Below, one piece after another: positions 59,363 to 64,000 of a stretch of 64,000 nt of DNA. The translations under genes were made by a program, and so were the position numbers. This DNA is from Macrostomum lignano (Eukaryota). Below the pieces are notes generated by a model, which was not told where the DNA came from, did no database searches, and saw only the letters and a list, made by a program, of their open reading frames with translations. Position 1 is the stretch's first letter, and each line of letters opens with the position of its first letter. The DNA is taken from NCBI GenBank assembly GCA_002269645.1, contig NIVC01000835.1, positions 371,523 through 435,522 on the forward strand, in the 5' to 3' direction.

Positions 59363-61400
59363 GCTATGCCAATAATGGCAATATTATCTATACAATACCA
59401 TGCCAATAATGTCCTATTTATTTACATAGTGGCCAAGTTATATATATAGGCCTATATATATTATACTCTGGATCATGTAGTATATGCCCAAAAATTTGAG
59501 TGTGCATTGGCCTTATATGCCAAAAGTAGGCGTGTACAGTTGGTGTGCATCACTCCTAAGAAAATACACTTGGCGTGCACTTTATAGAATCATGCAAGAG
59601 TTATTTTAAAGTAGAAAATAAATGAAAAAAGTTTATTTTTAAGCTTAAATTTCCCACTTTCTAGGTTTTTAAGCTTTTAATAAGGCATTTAAACAATTCT
59701 TTGCTTGTATCAATTTTCTACTATAAATATTATCACCCAAAAAGCAGAAAAACTAACCAAAAGTTTTATCAAAAGTGTCTATTATGCAATAAAAAAGGTC
59801 ATTTATTGTTGCAACACCAGTGGAGTCTTAGGAATAAGTATGTATTCAATTTTCTTGGCATGCATTTGTAATTATTAATTTTTGTTTGGGCATGTACCTA
59901 GCATGATCTAGACTATGGTATATATATCTAACTCTAACCCTATATATAATAGGCTTAGCAATTTTTTTAGCTTATGCTATAGTCTAGAACATGCTGGCCA
60001 CCATAGTCTGGAACATGGCAAGCATATGCTAAAATGAAAATTCATGTAAATTTTTTTAAATCAAGTTTAAAATTGTTTATGTGCCAGTTTTTTAAGAATT
60101 TATTTTTACAACTTTTAAAGTTTTACATAATTATACTAGCTTTGAACTTGGCTATTTTTTAAGCCAACTGTGTATACTTCATGTTGAACTTGAAAATTCC
60201 ATATGCTAAGTGTACGCCAAGATTGTCAGCCAGAGCAAAAATATGCCTGAAAATTCTAGCATAAAGGCAGGCATATGCTGAAATGAAAATTCATGTTAAA
60301 CATAAAATTAAAAAACTTACTTTTATATATTTTTTAATTACACAATTAAATTAGCCTTGAACTCAGCTATTTTTTGTACACGTACACCAACTGTGAACCT
60401 TCATGTTGAACCTGAAAATTCTGTATGCCAATTTTATGCCAAGATTGTCAGCAAGAGCAAAAATATGCTGAGTTTTCTGGCATAAAGGCCACATTCTGGA
60501 CTATTGCATGCTAGATGTATGCCTAAACAAAAATTAAATAATTACAAATGCATACCAAAAAAGTGTATGCTTACACTCAAATCTATATCTATAATCCCAA
60601 GTATATACTATGCATGAGATTTTTTGCTTTGCATGCTGCATGTGGGAGAGTTGGATCTACTCCAAGTGTAGGCCAATGGACCAAGAAGGGGGGGTCAGAA
60701 GTTGGGGCAAAAATAGAGGACTTTTTGTGTTACAACTATAAAAGAACCTCTTTGCATTGCAACTTTAGTTTTTTGCATTTTGAATTTTGTGAGATTATAG
60801 ATAACCAATTTTCAAGGAAATGTTCTCCTGTTTTTAACCTAAATATATTCAATTATTTTTCAGTTATTAAATTATCTATGTCTCTTAAAATTTATATACA
60901 ATACTTGCTTCAAAAATTATAAGTGTCACATCATGTTTTAAAATTATATTAAAATGAAGCATGCCAAAAGAACTTTGCTAACTCCTTGCTATATGCTGTG
61001 CATGCAGTACTTGTTGCATGCAAGAATTTTCTCTTAAAACATCTTTAAGAGTATAGATCTATTAGTGTTACAACAATACATGGCCTTTTTATATTGCAAC
61101 AATAAATAATGACCTTTTGGGTTGCATAAAAGACCTTTTTAGCTAATAATTTGATGGTAGATTTTTTTATTTGTTTGACTTTCTATATTGTTCTATTCTA
61201 AATATATATTGTTATATTATTTTATTCTTTATTTATATTGTATTATTACTTTTAATATGTTGATTTTTTAAGAATTGTTGGCATTTCTTGTATATATATA
61301 ATAGGCTAGCTGCTTTGCAAATAAACAAAGCATTATTGGCATGCCAATGTGTAGATAATATTGTTGTTTTTGGCATAGTACTGTGGGGAGAAGCATTGCA
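59363..61400. mobile_element. Degenerate, roughly 2-kb foldback / inverted-repeat element
   Basis: Nested inverted matches at about 59365-59410 with 61340-61380, 59785-59815 with 61095-61130, and 59850-59905 with 60505-60565. Direct duplications in the centre (about 60177 and 60399). Confidence 0.55.
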
Positions 61401-62502
61401 AATAAATAATTGATAATAACAGTTTTTTTACTTATAACTAAATAAAAAAATTAGATAATATTTATTTAGCTAGCATTACTTAAATAAGGCTTATTTTTTA
61501 GCCAATTTCAGTCAAATATAAGTTCATAGCAATTAAAGGTCAGATAGTGTCTTGATTTTGATCCCAAAGTCCTGGAATCTTGACTCTAAAATGAGAATAA
61601 AAATAGGTTTTGATGATTCAAAATTGATAAAATTAGTAATTATTTAAATTCATTTTATTTCAACTTTTAGTTGTTACTTTGTTTACTACTATTGTTTTTA
61701 CTTTTTGATTTTAATCTTAACCATATGGACCTACAAACTGTGGTACAAAAGACCTAATCTCAATTCCTTAATCCTAATCCCAAACTCAAGAAAAAAATTA
61801 TTCATAATCCTAATCTTGCCTGATGACTTAAATCCTATCTGATCTCTATTAACAATGTCTGTTCAATCAAAGTTATTCAAAATTGATTGAACAATATAAT
61901 TAAACAGGTTGAGATTTATGAAAAGCAATTGAGCCATAAAGTCCATCATTTTGATATTTTTAAAGATTTATGATAAATAGATATAGGCAACTCGTCTTTA
62001 ATTTACTATTTATAATTTTTGGCATATACTATTATTCAAGGTATGACATTTTACTATGCCATAAAGTTGAGCTAATGATGTAAAAAATAATTTAAAAACT
62101 TTTTTGGAAAGCAAATTTGGATTTTATATATATATAATAGGCAATAAGACTTTCTTTATTATTGTTATATTCCAATTCAAGCATTTCTAAGCACCTGCAA
62201 AAGTGGAATTTTTAATATGCACAATATGCTTTTTCAATGTTTTAATAGTGTTACAAAATTGATTGTATATACAGTAATATACTTATAAAGAAAAGTGTTA
62301 TATTAGCATTATATGTAATAAAACTGTAGTGTCTTTAGATATTGCTTTTAAATGTAAACAAATTTAAATTTTTTGCACTTATTTCAGCTGCAGTGTTATA
62401 TTTAATAATAATTTTCTTTTTATAATATTTTGTCACACACATTGCAGTATTTCATAAAATAATTATCCACCTGTCCCACCACCGCTGCTTCTTCGCAGAA
62501 AC

Positions 62503-63288
62503 ATGGGCACCAGCGCCGAGGATGTCAGTCCTAGTCGGCCGCAGCTTTCCTGTCCGTCTGTTTGTCCTCTGTGCGGCAGCGGAGTTCGCATAGCTCAGTG
62601 CGGCTGGATGCGAGCAATGCCAGTGTGCGACAATGCCCAGTGTCTGTACCCTATGGTGTCCGAGCTGCCTGCGCCAAACCTAGCCAGGCCCTACACAGAC
62701 ATGCCAGCTAGTCCGCCAGCTGCTAGTTCATCTTCTCCGACAGCTAAATTGATCATTCCGATGCTGACAGCCAGGCTGTATCTATTGAATCAGTTAGCCA
62801 TCTGCCAGTGGAACCAGATGAAGTGTTTGTTCACACAATGACCGAGCCTGATCGGTCTGGTCCGTTTACTGCCGCCGCGCTAACTACTGTTCTCTGCGGT
62901 CCTGTCCAGCGGCGAGCCAGTGCGGCAGCTTCAACTTCATCCGGCACCCTGGCCGCGTGCAGCCGCGCCTACGCTAAAGCGCTGCGACTAACCAGAGCGT
63001 CGTTGCACCCGGCGCAGGTCTCCTCTGGACGAGTTTCAACGAGGCGTCAGTTTCGCAATTTGGAACTTGTCGGCCTGGCCGATATTGAGCGGTCGGTGCT
63101 GCGCGAGCTGGACTCGCTAGATAGATTAGTGGCTAAGCCACTCTCCCTAAGCGTCAGCGATGTTCGCGACGATTTTTATGAGACCGCGCATCGGCTATTG
63201 AAATCCGACAAGCGATTGGCTAAACAATTCCAGTCTGTTCACACCCTGCGCCAGGTCTGCACTGTGTGCTTTAAGCAGCACGTTAGCC
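62503..63288 (+). CDS. USPL1: USPL1-like (SUMO isopeptidase, peptidase C98 family) exon with an apparent 1-nt frameshift near 62746
   Basis: CPLCGSGVRIAQCGWMRAMPVCDNAQCLYPM resembles the USPL1 N-terminal CxxC...CxxxxCxYP motif. VSDVRDDFY..AHRLLKSDKRLAKQF.......CTVC resembles the USPL1 EVRDEIF...FPLLLK.ETHIEKLF......CSQC segment (comparison from memory). TTCTTCGCAG acceptor before the ATG; GTAAGT donor at 63289. Confidence 0.6.
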
Positions 63289-64000
63289 GTAAGTAGATGA
63301 ATAATTTTGTTTTTTAACACACATGCCCAATAATTAGAAAGTCAGTGCGCTGACGCCTGTGTGTGCTCAGAAGTTAGCAGAATGAGTAGAATTGCCTCGG
63401 CGCTGAGAGTTCGTTTTCGTGTGAACAATTACAGCAATTGTGATTTTGGGTCCAGATCAAGGTTTTAGTCTAGTAAGATTCTTAGACAGTGCTTAACAAA
63501 AACTTAATGGCCATTTTTTGTGTTTCTGAGAACACAGCGTTATTAACGCTCGTATTGGGTTTGTTAAGCGTCAGAATTGCAGTGCCATTTGGCATCCTGC
63601 GGTCCAAGTTCAGATCTTTAAACAAGTTTCAAAATTCAAAATCAAACAAAATATCAACACCTCTCTACCTCTACCCTTTACACTGCTAAGTCTCCAAGTC
63701 TCTTTGACAATTGATAGAAGTCTTGAAAATCCTAAAATCCATATAATTATAGAGTTATTAATGCCTGAAACAGAGGTTAAAATACAAAAAATATATAATT
63801 TAAACCAAATAATATCCAGCTTAGAAAAAAACAGGGTGCCAATGTTTAACCAAGGTTGAAATTTAGGATAACAAATTAATTTAACGCACGCTATGACAAA
63901 AAGCCAGTGTAAGACAGAGCAGTACTTCATTAATTTTATTACCGTTTCGTATTCGCAATAATTAAAAATGCACAACTACTCTCATTTGTTAGACAAAAGC

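Noticed and set aside
63482-63615. Possible terminal exon of a minus-strand gene entering from the right (LNLDRRMPNGTAILTLNKPNTSV...)
   Set aside because: Only 43 codons, an AAG acceptor and no recognisable motif; cannot be supported within this window.

Overview
Animal genomic DNA with GT-AG introns. Almost every intron carries its own minisatellite; this style suggests a flatworm such as Macrostomum, but that is inference only. No rRNA, tRNA or CRISPR array was recognised. Gene models were built by hand from splice signals and reading-frame phase. (1) Part of a minus-strand gene for a WW-like/coiled-coil protein that runs off the left edge. (2) A minus-strand class I bHLH E-protein gene (daughterless/TCF3/TCF4/TCF12 family) with two 146-nt, same-phase duplicated helix-loop-helix exons, i.e. 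an E12/E47-like mutually exclusive switch, plus a possible dual-frame last exon. (3) An 89-aa predicted type I membrane microprotein. (4) A complete 8-exon SLC22 transporter (626 aa). (5) A complete 4-exon RBCK1/HOIL-1 (511 aa). Its second intron holds an in-frame 439-codon alternative terminal exon that would give an RBR-less, SHARPIN-like LTM-UBL-NZF protein. (6) A USPL1-like gene with a 1-nt frameshift and no obvious catalytic Cys. The window also has four short non-autonomous DNA transposons with terminal inverted repeats (three with clear target-site duplications), a degenerate foldback element and about 35 tandem arrays. Several array units are transcription-factor or splice-site motifs: E-boxes on both sides of the E-protein gene, kappaB sites upstream of RBCK1, and 5' splice-site decoys next to the alternative HLH exons. 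All isoform and regulatory claims are predictions that need RNA data.
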